Assembly (NCBI GenBank): GCA_977030845.1
Contig: OZ365111.1
Coordinates: 8,990,001-9,054,000 of the forward strand
DNA length: 64,000 bases
Reading direction: 5' to 3'
Source: Fimbriosthenelais zetlandica
Lineage: Eukaryota
Below are positions 38,715 to 49,912 of the stretch, in pieces. A model generated the notes under the pieces. The model had not been told where the DNA came from and made no database searches. It saw only the letters and a list, made by a program, of their open reading frames with translations. Within the stretch, counting starts at the first letter, position 1. The number at the start of each line of letters is the position of its first letter. The translations under genes and the position numbers were made by a program.

Positions 38715-41700
38715 TCAAACGTAGATTGTTCTGCCATCAGCAGAAACCTGTTTCTGCATTCCATGCTTCGACTTCATATGCCAGTTCATTGAGTTTCTTT
38801 GCCTACAGGAATAATAACACAAATGGCATTTCAGAGGGCGCTCATCTGTGTGCAGCATTTTGTGAACTTTCAAGTGTTTTGCTTCCCTGAATGTTTTGTC
38901 ACAACCGGGGAAATCACAAACCAACGGGCGTTCCTCACTGTGGGATGCTTGGTGGTTCCTCAGCGAGTTGACACCATCGAAGGTCTTGGTGCATCCTTCC
39001 ACGGGACAGGGAAGTTCTCCTGACGCCTCCTGGGCTGCTTTCAGGTGCCTTCTTTGGATATGTTGTTTCAAGGCCTGTTTGCTAAGAGTCTTGTTCTCAC
39101 AGTTGTCATAGGGACAGGGATAGGTGGGTGAACCATCCCCAGCGTGTTTCATTAGCAGGTGTTGTTTTAATCCATGGCGGGAAGAATATTCACGACAGCA
39201 CCATGAGCACACAAACTCTTTGGCATCATTAGAATCCTTGCCATGGGAGAGTGTCATATGATGGTCATATTCAGCTCGGTTGTCGGTGTTAAAGCCACAC
39301 ATTTCACAATAATATTTACATATCTCATCGTGCTCTGCCAGCCTATGTGACCACATTTTCTTCTCATTCTCAAACAGTTGCTTACAGATCTTACAGGTGT
39401 GGAATTTGGTCTCATTTGGGATGGTCACTTTCCCATCCTGAGGTTGTGTGAAACCAGGATACTTGCCAGCTATGCTGACAAAGAAATTGGCTTCAGAAGT
39501 GATGCTAGCCACACTTGAGGCCACCATAGCTGACAGTCCACTCTCATCTGCTTCAAAACCCTCTGGTTTCAATGGCAGGGTAAGATTCAAGGCTTCTTCT
39601 TCATTCCCTGCATTCATTCCCATGTTGGAATCAGTTCCATCTTCGGCACAGCTACCATCACTACTGGAAGGCATGGGTGACTCTAGCTCATCTTCTGTTT
39701 CCAGCTCTTCCATGGCCATGCTGTCATTTTCACACATCACTTCCTCCTCTGTGTAGACTGTAGAATCTCCACTTGTATTCACTTTGACACCAGCTTTAAG
39801 CAGTTCAATTGTGACAGTGTCACTGTTGATATATACGGTTCGGTTGTCACCAGTCTTGTTCTTCTCAAGACCGTGTCTCGTCTTCATGTGCCAGTTCATG
39901 GAGGTGCGCTGGCGGCAGGCGTATTCACACAGCTTACACTGAAGTGGCTTCTCATCAGTATGTCTCAGACGGTGCACCTTCAGGTGCTTGGTCTCCCTGA
40001 ATGTTTTCTTACAGCCTCGGTAGTTACAAGCTAGTGGCCTTTCCCCTGTATGTGATAGCATGTGACGTTTTAAACCATCCCTCTTTGCGTAGTCTTTGTT
40101 ACAGCCCTGGTGAGGACACTCGTACCTCTTCTGGGCATTGGTGCCTCCATGTTCCTTCATTCTGTGAGCATTGTGATCCTTGTGATTTGAGAATGTCGCT
40201 GAGCAATCTTTATGACCACAGTTGTACTGTCTTTCTGCTGCCTCATCGTGACGTACCATATGCACCTGAAGCCCCGCTGGAGATCGCAGTGTTTTTCCGC
40301 ACACTTTGCATGGATACTCCTTGCGTCTTCCTTCAGAACGAGTGCGAGCGTTTTCTACGGTCTGGACATTTGTACCATGCATTTGAACTGAATGCTTGTA
40401 CAGAGCTTCCTTTGTTGGGGCACTGAAGTCGCAGTATCCACACCTTTCATTGTAAAAGTCTGCATGTTGCAGAGCATGTTCCCACATGGCATCTGCAGAT
40501 TCAAACAGCTGTTTGCACACCTTGCAGCTGTGGTATGTGATACAGCAGTACTCAGTTTTGGCTCTCTTTCTCCTGGCTCTTTTCGATCCACCAGCCACAG
40601 ATTCATGATTCCTTTTCTCTCCTATCTCCACTGTATTATTAATCTCTTCATTTGGAATCTCTATCTTTGGTTTTATCTCCTCCTGGACCAGGTCTTCCTG
40701 ATATGTCAGCGTGATGGGATTTTCCCTAGTCCCCTCTTCCTTACATGAGGTGGTTTGTTTTTCCTGTTCTGTGTTATAATTTGGCTGATCTTTTGATGTT
40801 TTGATCTTTGTCTGCCATAATTTTGCCACCATGCTGTTGAGTCCACCTGATTTGGATTTCTTTGAGTTTTTGGCAAGGGACATGGAAGTATCGGATGTGA
40901 TGCTAGCTACACTGGAGGGTCTTGACGTTGGCTTGCTGCTTAGATCCATCTGTGATGTTTCTGGGCTGCTGGTTCGGGCTGGCTTTTTCGACAAATCCAA
41001 TACACAGTCCTCAACAATATTACAGTTTGTATCAGTGTATTCTAAAGGAGGCAAATCGTTACTGAGTGAGAGGGCAGCAGAAAGCTGCCTTTCTGAACGA
41101 GTAGTGTCCATTGACAGATCAACTACACAGTCCTCATCTCCAACGTAGTTAGCACCACTGTAGTTAGCACAAGTTCCATAGTCCTTATCGTACATGAAGG
41201 AATCAAGTGGTTTATCATCTAGCTGCCTCGGCTGAATATCAATCACATTGCCTTGTACTTCACCGAACTGGTTCTGAGGGCCATCAAGCTGATCCTGGGG
41301 GAGTGACTCTGTCTGGCCTGATATCATTTGGGAAAGACCAGAAGATGAGAGTGTATTTTTCTCAAAGTCTTCATATTTTACCATAGTTGGAAGTTGCATA
41401 CCAAGACCTGAATTTATTGTATTTAATCTAGAGGTTGGACGGATTTCTCCTGGTTCCAAATCATCCATGGTGGGAGGAGCTGGGAAGTGTGGAAGAGACA
41501 TACCAACGTCAGTAGAAGTTGTGTCCTGCCCTGTCTCTGCTGGCTCCTTTTTAACTTGGACCATTTCAAGCTGGCTCTGTCCAATCGGGGTTGATCCTGC
41601 TGGAAGTTCCAGTTTATGGCTGGGCACCACAGTGACTGGGGTCCCAGGGAAGAAGCTTGGATAACCAGGAATGTTGGCATTATAAGCCAGGGGATTAGAA

Positions 41701-42413
41701 GGCATTCCTTGACCAGGGATACCCGCGGAGGAAGTTGGGTATTGCTGTGGTTGTCCATCTTTCTGCTCGGGCATGATGACTGGTACATTGATATAGACAT
41801 ACCCTGGGAGTGAAGTAGGAGTTGCTGTTGAGGTAGTGATCATAGGCTGACCAGGTGGTAAGGCACTGAATGATGGTGGGACATTTGTTGGGAAAGCAGG
41901 AAAGCCTGAAACTGGTGGCTTAGTTGCTATAGCATGAGATGGAGGAACCTGGTCTGGTGATGGTGCTTTTTTAGTGGCTTCTCGGTCAGAACCTTGGTTT
42001 TTACCACCACGTGCTTTTCGGACGAGACCTCGCACGACCCGGATGTGTTCCCTGAGTGCTGCTTTTTGATCGACGCTTTGCTCCTGCTGGCCCTCCTCAG
42101 ATCCTTCCTGTACCTTCCCTATACCGTGAATCACATGCAGATGTTCCTTCAAGGTGGCTTTCCTGGCCACCTTGACATCACAGATAGGACATTTATGGTC
42201 ATTGTGGATCAGTTTATGTTCCAACAAGGCTGCTCTGTTGTCATACAAACTTCCACAGATTTTACATTTGAAAAGTGTGTTATAGCAAGTGCCCCTCCTT
42301 TCACTTTTTTTCCTCTTGGATGGTGTAAGGCCATTCTTGGCATCCAGTCGGAAGTCAAATCTGCAGGCTTCAAAATCCATGGCATTCTTGTGCTGGCTAA
42401 GTGTAGAGAGTGT
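38715..42413 (-). CDS. Multi-C2H2 zinc-finger protein (16 fingers: 2+7+7), ZFP91/ZNF692/ZNF653/ZNF276-like terminal fingers
   Basis: One 3.7-kb open exon starting at the acceptor CTTTCTTTGCAG|ACA (42413); the first in-exon ATG is at 42380 (MDFEAC), and an upstream exon could extend the N-terminus. It has CxxC/CxxxxC...HxxxH fingers with TGERP/TDEKP linkers. The CRQRTSMNWHMK and CRQRNSMNWHMK fingers resemble the ZFP91 finger CRQKASLNWHMK. Confidence 0.9.
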   Translation of the reverse strand, partial: TLSTLSQHKNAMDFEACRFDFRLDAKNGLTPSKRKKSERRGTCYNTLFKCKICGSLYDNRAALLEHKLIHNDHKCPICDVKVARKATLKEHLHVIHGIGKVQEGSEEGQQEQSVDQKAALREHIRVVRGLVRKARGGKNQGSDREATKKAPSPDQVPPSHAIATKPPVSGFPAFPTNVPPSFSALPPGQPMITTSTATPTSLPGYVYINVPVIMPEQKDGQPQQYPTSSAGIPGQGMPSNPLAYNANIPGYPSFFPGTPVTVVPSHKLELPAGSTPIGQSQLEMVQVKKEPAETGQDTTSTDVGMSLPHFPAPPTMDDLEPGEIRPTSRLNTINSGLGMQLPTMVKYEDFEKNTLSSSGLSQMISGQTESLPQDQLDGPQNQFGEVQGNVIDIQPRQLDDKPLDSFMYDKDYGTCANYSGANYVGDEDCVVDLSMDTTRSERQLSAALSLSNDLPPLEYTDTNCNIVEDCVLDLSKKPARTSSPETSQMDLSSKPTSRPSSVASITSDTSMSLAKNSKKSKSGGLNSMVAKLWQTKIKTSKDQPNYNTEQEKQTTSCKEEGTRENPITLTYQEDLVQEEIKPKIEIPNEEINNTVEIGEKRNHESVAGGSKRARRKRAKTEYCCITYHSCKVCKQLFESADAMWEHALQHADFYNERCGYCDFSAPTKEALYKHSVQMHGTNVQTVENARTRSEGRRKEYPCKVCGKTLRSPAGLQVHMVRHDEAAERQYNCGHKDCSATFSNHKDHNAHRMKEHGGTNAQKRYECPHQGCNKDYAKRDGLKRHMLSHTGERPLACNYRGCKKTFRETKHLKVHRLRHTDEKPLQCKLCEYACRQRTSMNWHMKTRHGLEKNKTGDNRTVYINSDTVTIELLKAGVKVNTSGDSTVYTEEEVMCENDSMAMEELETEDELESPMPSSSDGSCAEDGTDSNMGMNAGNEEEALNLTLPLKPEGFEADESGLSAMVASSVASITSEANFFVSIAGKYPGFTQPQDGKVTIPNETKFHTCKICKQLFENEKKMWSHRLAEHDEICKYYCEMCGFNTDNRAEYDHHMTLSHGKDSNDAKEFVCSWCCREYSSRHGLKQHLLMKHAGDGSPTYPCPYDNCENKTLSKQALKQHIQRRHLKAAQEASGELPCPVEGCTKTFDGVNSLRNHQASHSEERPLVCDFPGCDKTFREAKHLKVHKMLHTDERPLKCHLCYYSCRQRNSMNWHMKSKHGMQKQVSADGRTIYV

Positions 42414-42710
42414 CTGCAAAGAAAGAAAGGGAGCTATGAGTAACGATATTTGGCAGATTATAAATCAATATTGAACTTAACACAGAAACAATGCCACTTG
42501 TATATGTAACATGTGAGTGCAGATATGTCAACATGTGAATCAGTTTAAAATAATTTGAGCCTAGTGTTAAAATAAAGGAAACTAGAAGTGCTGGATGTTG
42601 GCGTTATGCCATTGGAAGCAGCTCTAGAGTGGAGGAAATGTGAGTAGTCTCCCCCTCCTCTACACACTCGTCCTGCTTGCAATATTATGGCCCTATTTTT
42701 GTACAGGTCT

Positions 42711-42899
42711 GCAGTTACGCTGACACTAATTCAAGAAGCTCGACAACTTGGATAACATTTTTCAATTTTTGTACCGGCAGTTGCGCTGACACTCATTCAA
42801 GAAGTACGACAACTTGGATGATATTTTTCAATGGCTTTTTCTGCATCCGAAATCTTCCTTGTAAAATACATGTAGAGTGCAAGAAGTTGCACTCTACAT
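42711..42899. repeat. Two 66-bp tandem units followed by a perfect 13-bp hairpin
   Basis: GCAGTT(A/G)CGCTGACACT(A/C)ATTCAAGAAG...CGACAACTTGGAT begins at 42711 and 42777. ATGTAGAGTGCAA-GAAG-TTGCACTCTACAT spans 42870-42899. Confidence 0.85.
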
Positions 42900-44754
42900 T
42901 CCATTCTTTTTGAATTATCAGAGAAAATTATGCTAATCTAACCAATCTAAGACATATCCCACAATGCTATCAAGTGCCTGCATTTTGCGCCATATACGGG
43001 CAACGGCCACTGCATATTATGCGTCTGCTTCCAGGCCTACAAACATAGTGAGAAGACCTGGAGGTAGCTAAAAGTAACGTGAGATTGGGACTGGAGTGAA
43101 GTACTACTCCTCCCCTTGCTTCTCCAGCCATTCATCTATTCATTCCCTAGCATCATCCTTCAGTACCTCGTACTCAAGACGCAGGGGTCGGTGGCTTAAA
43201 TCAATCCAGATGCAGCTTTAAATCTACATCATCGACACAATAACCCGTCCCTCACAGTAAAAGTTATGACCATACATTCGTTTGTTTAGGATGTAATGCA
43301 TGTGGTTTGTGCCATTATTCTGGCAACAGATTTGGAACGGTGTAAATGAGTTACTCCCGAGGTGCTCCACGTGGTAGAGAGAGGGACTGGAGAAGGAGGA
43401 GCAGGAGAAGGAGCAGGAGGGTGGTGGCTCCCTCCATACAGGGAACTCCAGCGTCGACAGAAATAGATTGTTCAAACCCAGCCTGTACACAACTGGTCAT
43501 TCTATATTAAGAGGAAGGCAGGAGAAGAGCTCTATACTGCGTGATAACTGGTCCTTCACTTCTCACCATTTTAATTTTATCTCCCCATTTTAATTTCATC
43601 TCAAAGAGACAAGGACAACATTTTGTTTTCCCTCTTTGAATGCATTTCACTGTATACTGTTGTAAAATCACAGGGTAATATAATATTATTGTCCCAAAAG
43701 ACTATTGCTTTAAGCATATGAAAACCGCACTTTTAAAATTCAATATGGTGCATACATTTATGCAGAGGGTGGAATGAAAATTGCTCCTTGGAATGATTTT
43801 TTTCCTTCGTCCCTTTCATTTTGCTATTCCATTCCCAGGTGTCAACCATTAATAGCAGTGTTTATAGCAGCCGGAGTTTGCGAACTTTGCGTTTACATTT
43901 TGGAATATATTTAAAGTAGAAAAATATGATAATAGAGCCCGATCGATCATAAAGTATAACCGATTCGAACATGTGTTATAAAACAAATGCAACAGGTGGA
44001 GCTAGACCTGTACTCGCCCACGTTTTCTTATATAATTACTGTGTGCACAATTTAAGAATATTGTCAAGGAACTGCTGACAATATTTATACCAAATGTTAA
44101 TTATGCTTTCTCATGGTCTTTTGACTATGATTACAATAGTCAATGGTCATAAATTATCTTTCATTTTCTAATATTTTTAATAAGAGTCATTTCGTCACTA
44201 AAGCCCTTGTGATGCTTTAGAAAGTGTGAAGATGAAGAAAGGGTTGGGGCAGCAGCAGAGCCTCACGAGTCGCAGTTGGGAAAGAGGTCCTGTTCTCTGC
44301 ATTGCTCGATCCTGAGCTAAATATAGCCGCAACTCGAGCTGCTCGGCTGCTGACTACCATAAGGGAAGTGAGAGACTCAGATGGGATGAGTATATACCAC
44401 AGCTTTATATATGGCACAGGCTAGAGCTGCCATCTCTACATCCACTATTCCCAGTCTGTTGGTGGTCATTTCTAGCAGACTCAATGTCAATCATGTCAAG
44501 TACAGAGTCCTAGTGATGAAATACTTTAAAATAATTATTTTAGATGCATACAAATGTATCTTGATCTTGACAACATGACTTTTCTTAGTTTCTAGAATCA
44601 ATGGTTTAATATAGTTGTGCCAAGATATGGTTTCTTTTGAAAAGTATAATTTAGATCTATTCCTTTGATAAGGCGTTTCCAATTCACAATTGCAAATTAA
44701 TATTGCATTAATCAATGAAAATCTTGTGTATAAGCTTTCGTGGCCAAATATTAC

Positions 44755-47700
44755 CTGAGACATTTATAGAGAGACCACCTACACTTCTACAACCACCAGC
44801 AGTACCTTCCATACCTCAACCACCATACCACCACCACCACCACCAACACTACCACCTAGCAAACCCTGAGCTGCATCTCGCGACATACCTATGCCAGCAT
44901 GTGTGTACAGATGTCTATACCCCTGCTGGAGCCCATGGCTGGTACGATGCACGGGTTAGGAATAAACCATCCCCTCATACTCCTCATCCCCATCCTCTTC
45001 CTGGATCCTAGTTTAGCAGGAAGATGATGATGAGTAGAAGGAGAAAGGGCCAGCCTTATACCCAGACTTCCCAACATCCCTATAAATCCCCCAGAAGTCG
45101 CTCTCAGTATGAGAGTTGAGAGGGAGGGAGTGAGGATATTCATGGAGTGACTTAGTGGTTATAAATGTTGCACTGTGGCTATATGTGTGAGCATATATAC
45201 ATGTATACGTATACTTGGGGCTAGCGAGTTACCTGTCAGAAAGTAAATTCAGAATTTGGAAGATGGCAACCCTTCTTTTTGAAGCTTATGCACGTGGCAC
45301 AGGACCACGTGTTCTTATATTATAGGCATATCAGTTCTTAGTTATGGAAGATACTTAAAGTTGAAATTGAGTTAAAATTGATGATTGAAAATTCACTAAC
45401 AAAGTTAGATGATAACTATCTATAGGTGGTACCCCTTTCTAATAAACCTCCCTTGGTGACTGGTCAGTGAAACTGCCCAGTTCAATGGGGGACACCAGCA
45501 TAAATAAGTTACTATTTCCAAGCTGACAAAGTTGCATATAATTTATTTTCAAATCGGCCCTTAAGAGGCTGATTTTGAAAATCCCAATGACAGAGGTACA
45601 AGGAGAGTGCATTAAGAATCAGGTCGATAAGAGGCATAGATCTACAAGAAGTTATGGTTACAATGACAGATATAAATACAGTTTGGGCCTTGTTTACTAC
45701 ACTGTGATCATTAATAATACCAAAGGACAACCTGGAATTCTCTATTGGAATGTGCAAATATTGATATTTATAAAGGATATAGACGAGTATCCTTTATAAG
45801 TAGAAAGTTATAAAGGACATAATCTTATAGATATCTGTTAGAGAACAATTGTATTTCTGCCATTACCCTGATCAAATTTAATACATAATGAACTATGTGA
45901 TTGAATGAATGAATGAGGGAAGTGGGGTTGAAGGCGGGATAGATGAATGAATGAATTCTTAATCCCGAAATCATACATCTTTACACCTTTTAGTTTCATG
46001 CAGTCTCATCGTTCTTCTATTAAAACGCAGTAGAACGTTCCGGGATTGAGTCATTGAAGGATTCAGAGAATAGGAGAAGCCAATGTACTGTGGTCATCTC
46101 GCATCGCATTTTTATAGCCCTCTCGAAAAACATTAATATCCAGGCAACTAGTTAGTTAATTATTTGACATGAGTTCAAATAATTTGACAGTAAATAAAGG
46201 AATCCAGTGGTGTTAACTGCAGGAACATGTGTAAAAGTGATGAGAAAAGATCAAGTTTCATACAAAACATGTTATCTAGGGCACAAGCAGAAAAGGTATT
46301 AAACTGAGTATAAAGCCTACCTATATATATTTTGTTACCAATCATTTCAAGCATATATGCTACTCGGAGATAAATCCTTAATATTACTGAGCTGAGAAAT
46401 AAATAAATGAAATCATGAAAACAAGTATCATATATCTGTATGCAACTATATGCATCACTCGAGTACCATTTACCTATATATAGAGGAAGTGCCACAGGTG
46501 GTAGGCTATTATATATTCCTTCACTCAGCCTCGTGTCAAATGATTTTTAAAAAATCTTACCTGTCAAACACAATTCAGAATGTTGGCTTAATATTTCCTC
46601 CAATATAACTATGACGGTAAACTTTTCATTAAATCCAATATGTGTTGCACTCATACCCCTCACTGCTGTCCCAAGTCTAGCTTTACCAAGAGAAGAGGAG
46701 CAGGAGGAGGATGTGAGGGGGACGATGCAGCTGCTTGGAGGAACTCCGCAGTTCTGGACTTACTTTCTTTGTGTCTAGGTAAGGTTGCTCTAGTCCCCAG
46801 TTCACCCCACCTCAGACTTGGCTGGACCTAAATTTGGAGTTGAGACATCGGGGGCTCTCTCAGCACTCCCCCTCTCTCCTCTGGTCTCCAGATAGACACA
46901 TACTCCGTGTACCATGTGAGGGCTCACCGAGGCCCCATATTTTACTTCTTTGTTTCTATATGTTCATGACAGAACCTTCCAAGAATGACATAATGCAGTT
47001 TCCTTTGAAGTAATAATTTAAAAAATTGTTGTGCAAGATTTGCTTCTGCTTAGAAGTGTTCAATATTATTACCACTTAATTGTTTCGGTTGGCATAGGCC
47101 TAATAATTATTGTTAAAGCTATTTCCCCCAGATATATATCTATTGCCTTTACATGCATGGAATACCTGGATAATTTTTCAAAATTACTCATTTTATTTTT
47201 CCTCCAGTATTTCATACTAGAGACACACTTATAACAAGACAACTTTGTGCCATTCCGTGGTGTGTAGGCCTACTTTTCACAAGGCCAAGCCAACAGAGTT
47301 GTGCCTCCAGCACTGCGTCGCAGCTCCAATGCACTGCTCCTTCCCCGAAATGGTTCCGAGAAGTTTGAGCTTTACTGGTATACCATGTTTATAATAAGCT
47401 GCCGCTGCTGCAGGGTCGGTAGCAGCGGCCAGAGGAGTCACACTACCCAACCATACTCCCCATCTCCTCCACTTTCTCCTTCCCCTTCACCCATCCCCCT
47501 CCCCCACTGCTGCTCGCGTGGCGCAGTGAGAATAAAAGCCAGGACAAACTCCTCCTCCACTGCCTGTGAGCAACTCACCAACTATATATAGATCGCGACG
47601 CGTTTTTGTGTGTACCCTAATATCGCCCTTCAGAAAATGAAAGATCCATAATATATAGATACCGCTCTTTGCCATATATCCTATAACAAACTTATAATCC

Positions 47701-48800
47701 AAATTTAATATACATTCCAATTGGAATCAGGACATAATATCGAGTTGTTGTAAATGATATGGGCCTATAGATGTCGCTGTTGCTATGGTAACGTTTCAGC
47801 ATTGGAATTTCGATAGAAACCATGCAGTGATCTAGTTCTTTGTCTGATTTTGTGTACCCCCCTCCAAGAGAGATTCCAGAACTGACAGAATTAACTAATG
47901 GAAAAAATCGCTGTCACTTTAGGAGCTGCATTTGAGACCTTTGTTAGGTCAAAAGAAGTGCACAACAATAGACATGATATATGTAATAAAAAGTGGTATA
48001 ATAGCCTATTCAGAGAATTTATTAGAGTGTTCGGGTGAATCATGAGTGTACTGAGGCAGAGTGAGCAGGCCTGAAATGACTACAAATCATCCCATCTCAA
48101 CACCTCCAAGTACTTTTTATAAATTGAGCAACTCCAGTAATTGCTTTCGGTTAAACACGAGTGGCAAGTCACCATTCATGATTCTGGCATATAAATAAAG
48201 CGCCCCGAGTTAGGATCCAATATTAATATTCATAATGTAATATTCAATGACTCTTCAATGAACACACGAAACATTCCTAACCTACATATTGGGTCAGCCC
48301 ATTGAAGGCTTGACCATATGTTAGGACACTAGCCCTAAACTATAGGCTTACAATTTATAGAGAAATTACGCAGATTCACTTACCTTGCAAGTTCAATTCC
48401 TCTAAAACTTCAATTTGGCGTTATTGTTACTGCTATCCGTGATTTGTACTTTCACTGTTTCTGCGTGGATTACTCTGCTTTGTCCTGTGGCTAACATGGG
48501 GATATAGCATCTGTTTGCCATAGATGCACCCAAACCTCCCCCACTAAAGCTGCACACTAAAGTAACCCGACTCCCACCCATCCATCCAGGAAGTGACCCC
48601 AAAAGGGGCTTACCGGCGGCACACGCCAGCCTAAACCTGAGATGCTAAACTTAGCCCCCTGGCAGATTATCATATTGCCTTCTTTAGCCGGGGTCGGTCT
48701 TCCTTATATGGCATGAGGTTATTCATGGCCCGCGCCTGGGAGCCGTGGAGCAGCTCACAAGATGTCGTCTGCTCGAGCACCCAGTGTTCATTCAGCGTCA
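44755..48800 (-). promoter_or_regulatory. Multiple candidate promoters and 5' exons of the zinc-finger gene
   Basis: Minus-strand donors at 44755 (CAG|GTAATA), 45233 (CAG|GTAACT), 46561 (CAG|GTAAGA), 48384 (AAG|GTAAGT) and 48614 (CCG|GTAAGC), most within or near GC-enriched islands. Confidence 0.45.
47779..47792. promoter_or_regulatory. RFX X-box motif GTTGCTATGGTAAC
   Basis: Canonical X-box next to the CpG-rich 47280-47620 island upstream of the zinc-finger gene. Confidence 0.4.
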
Positions 48801-49912
48801 TCTTCACGTCTTTGTTCCACCCAACCTAACTTTAATAGGCAAGTATATCTCACCAGGCAAGATCACTCTGGATAACCTGACCTGATTTCCAGAACAAAAA
48901 GGGTTTCATAGAATTCATCCGGATAGGAATATTTCACAGTTGATATACATTTATGTAGAGCGACAGAGTCGCCACCATCGGCTAGATTGGGAATCTGGTG
49001 GTAATCTGATACCGAGCAGAATCTGAGGTGATTCGTCTGTACACAGAAACCATAGTAACCATGGTAGTCATGGTAACGAGGTTTCAGCCGAGGGAAGTAG
49101 AATAGCCAGAAAAGCTTTGTTGATACTCAAAATGGCATTGCTCATTACATAAATAGTCTTTTCGTAATATGCCTATCCATAAAATAGCCATAGCAGAAAA
49201 ATAGTTGTATGATTGCATTGATTATTATTAGAGACGGGTTGTCCTCAGAGATGGGGAAAATTGATGAATATCTTCATCCATGCTTGTTATTATTTACTTT
49301 CTGTCATATGTTAATGAATGATATTCTATTAAGCGTTTGATATAATTTAAAAACTTATCAAAATTGATGTTTCATATGACACTTGAATGTATTGTCAGTT
49401 GGACTTTTTCCCTGTAGATAGCAGCACTGGGTTTGGTGTCCCTCTCACATTCTGCGTTCGTGAAGAATACTGAAATAGACTGGGACGTTTTCGGACTCTG
49501 TTCCAATTTCCTGGGAAATTACGGCTGTTTTACTATCGAATAATAATTATTGATGATTGATTTATATTCAGAAATGTGGATCATGACTGTCAAGAAAAGA
49601 ACAATGCCCAGGACGAACTATGTGTCATACAATTAAGCCAAAAGGAGGGTGATGTCCACCAGAGCGAACAGAGAGACCAATGTATTGTTTCTTTTCTGCT
49701 TTTATTATTTTCGTTCACAGCGGGGACTAATATTTCTATCTAATCGTTAGTTTGTTAATCTTACTCAATACTGAATAATCAACATTAGTCAAAAGAATAC
49801 ATTTCAAGGGAAGTATAGGCTGGGTTCTGACGGAAATAACATAATTAAGGCCTAACATGCGTGCCTACGACTCTTCTGTCAGAACATAACGAAACACGTC
49901 TCTCGTGTTTTT

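Noticed and set aside
42711-42833. CRISPR-like repeats (also 56885-56995 and 14326-14614)
   Set aside because: Only two units each, no unique spacers and no cas genes, in a eukaryotic context.
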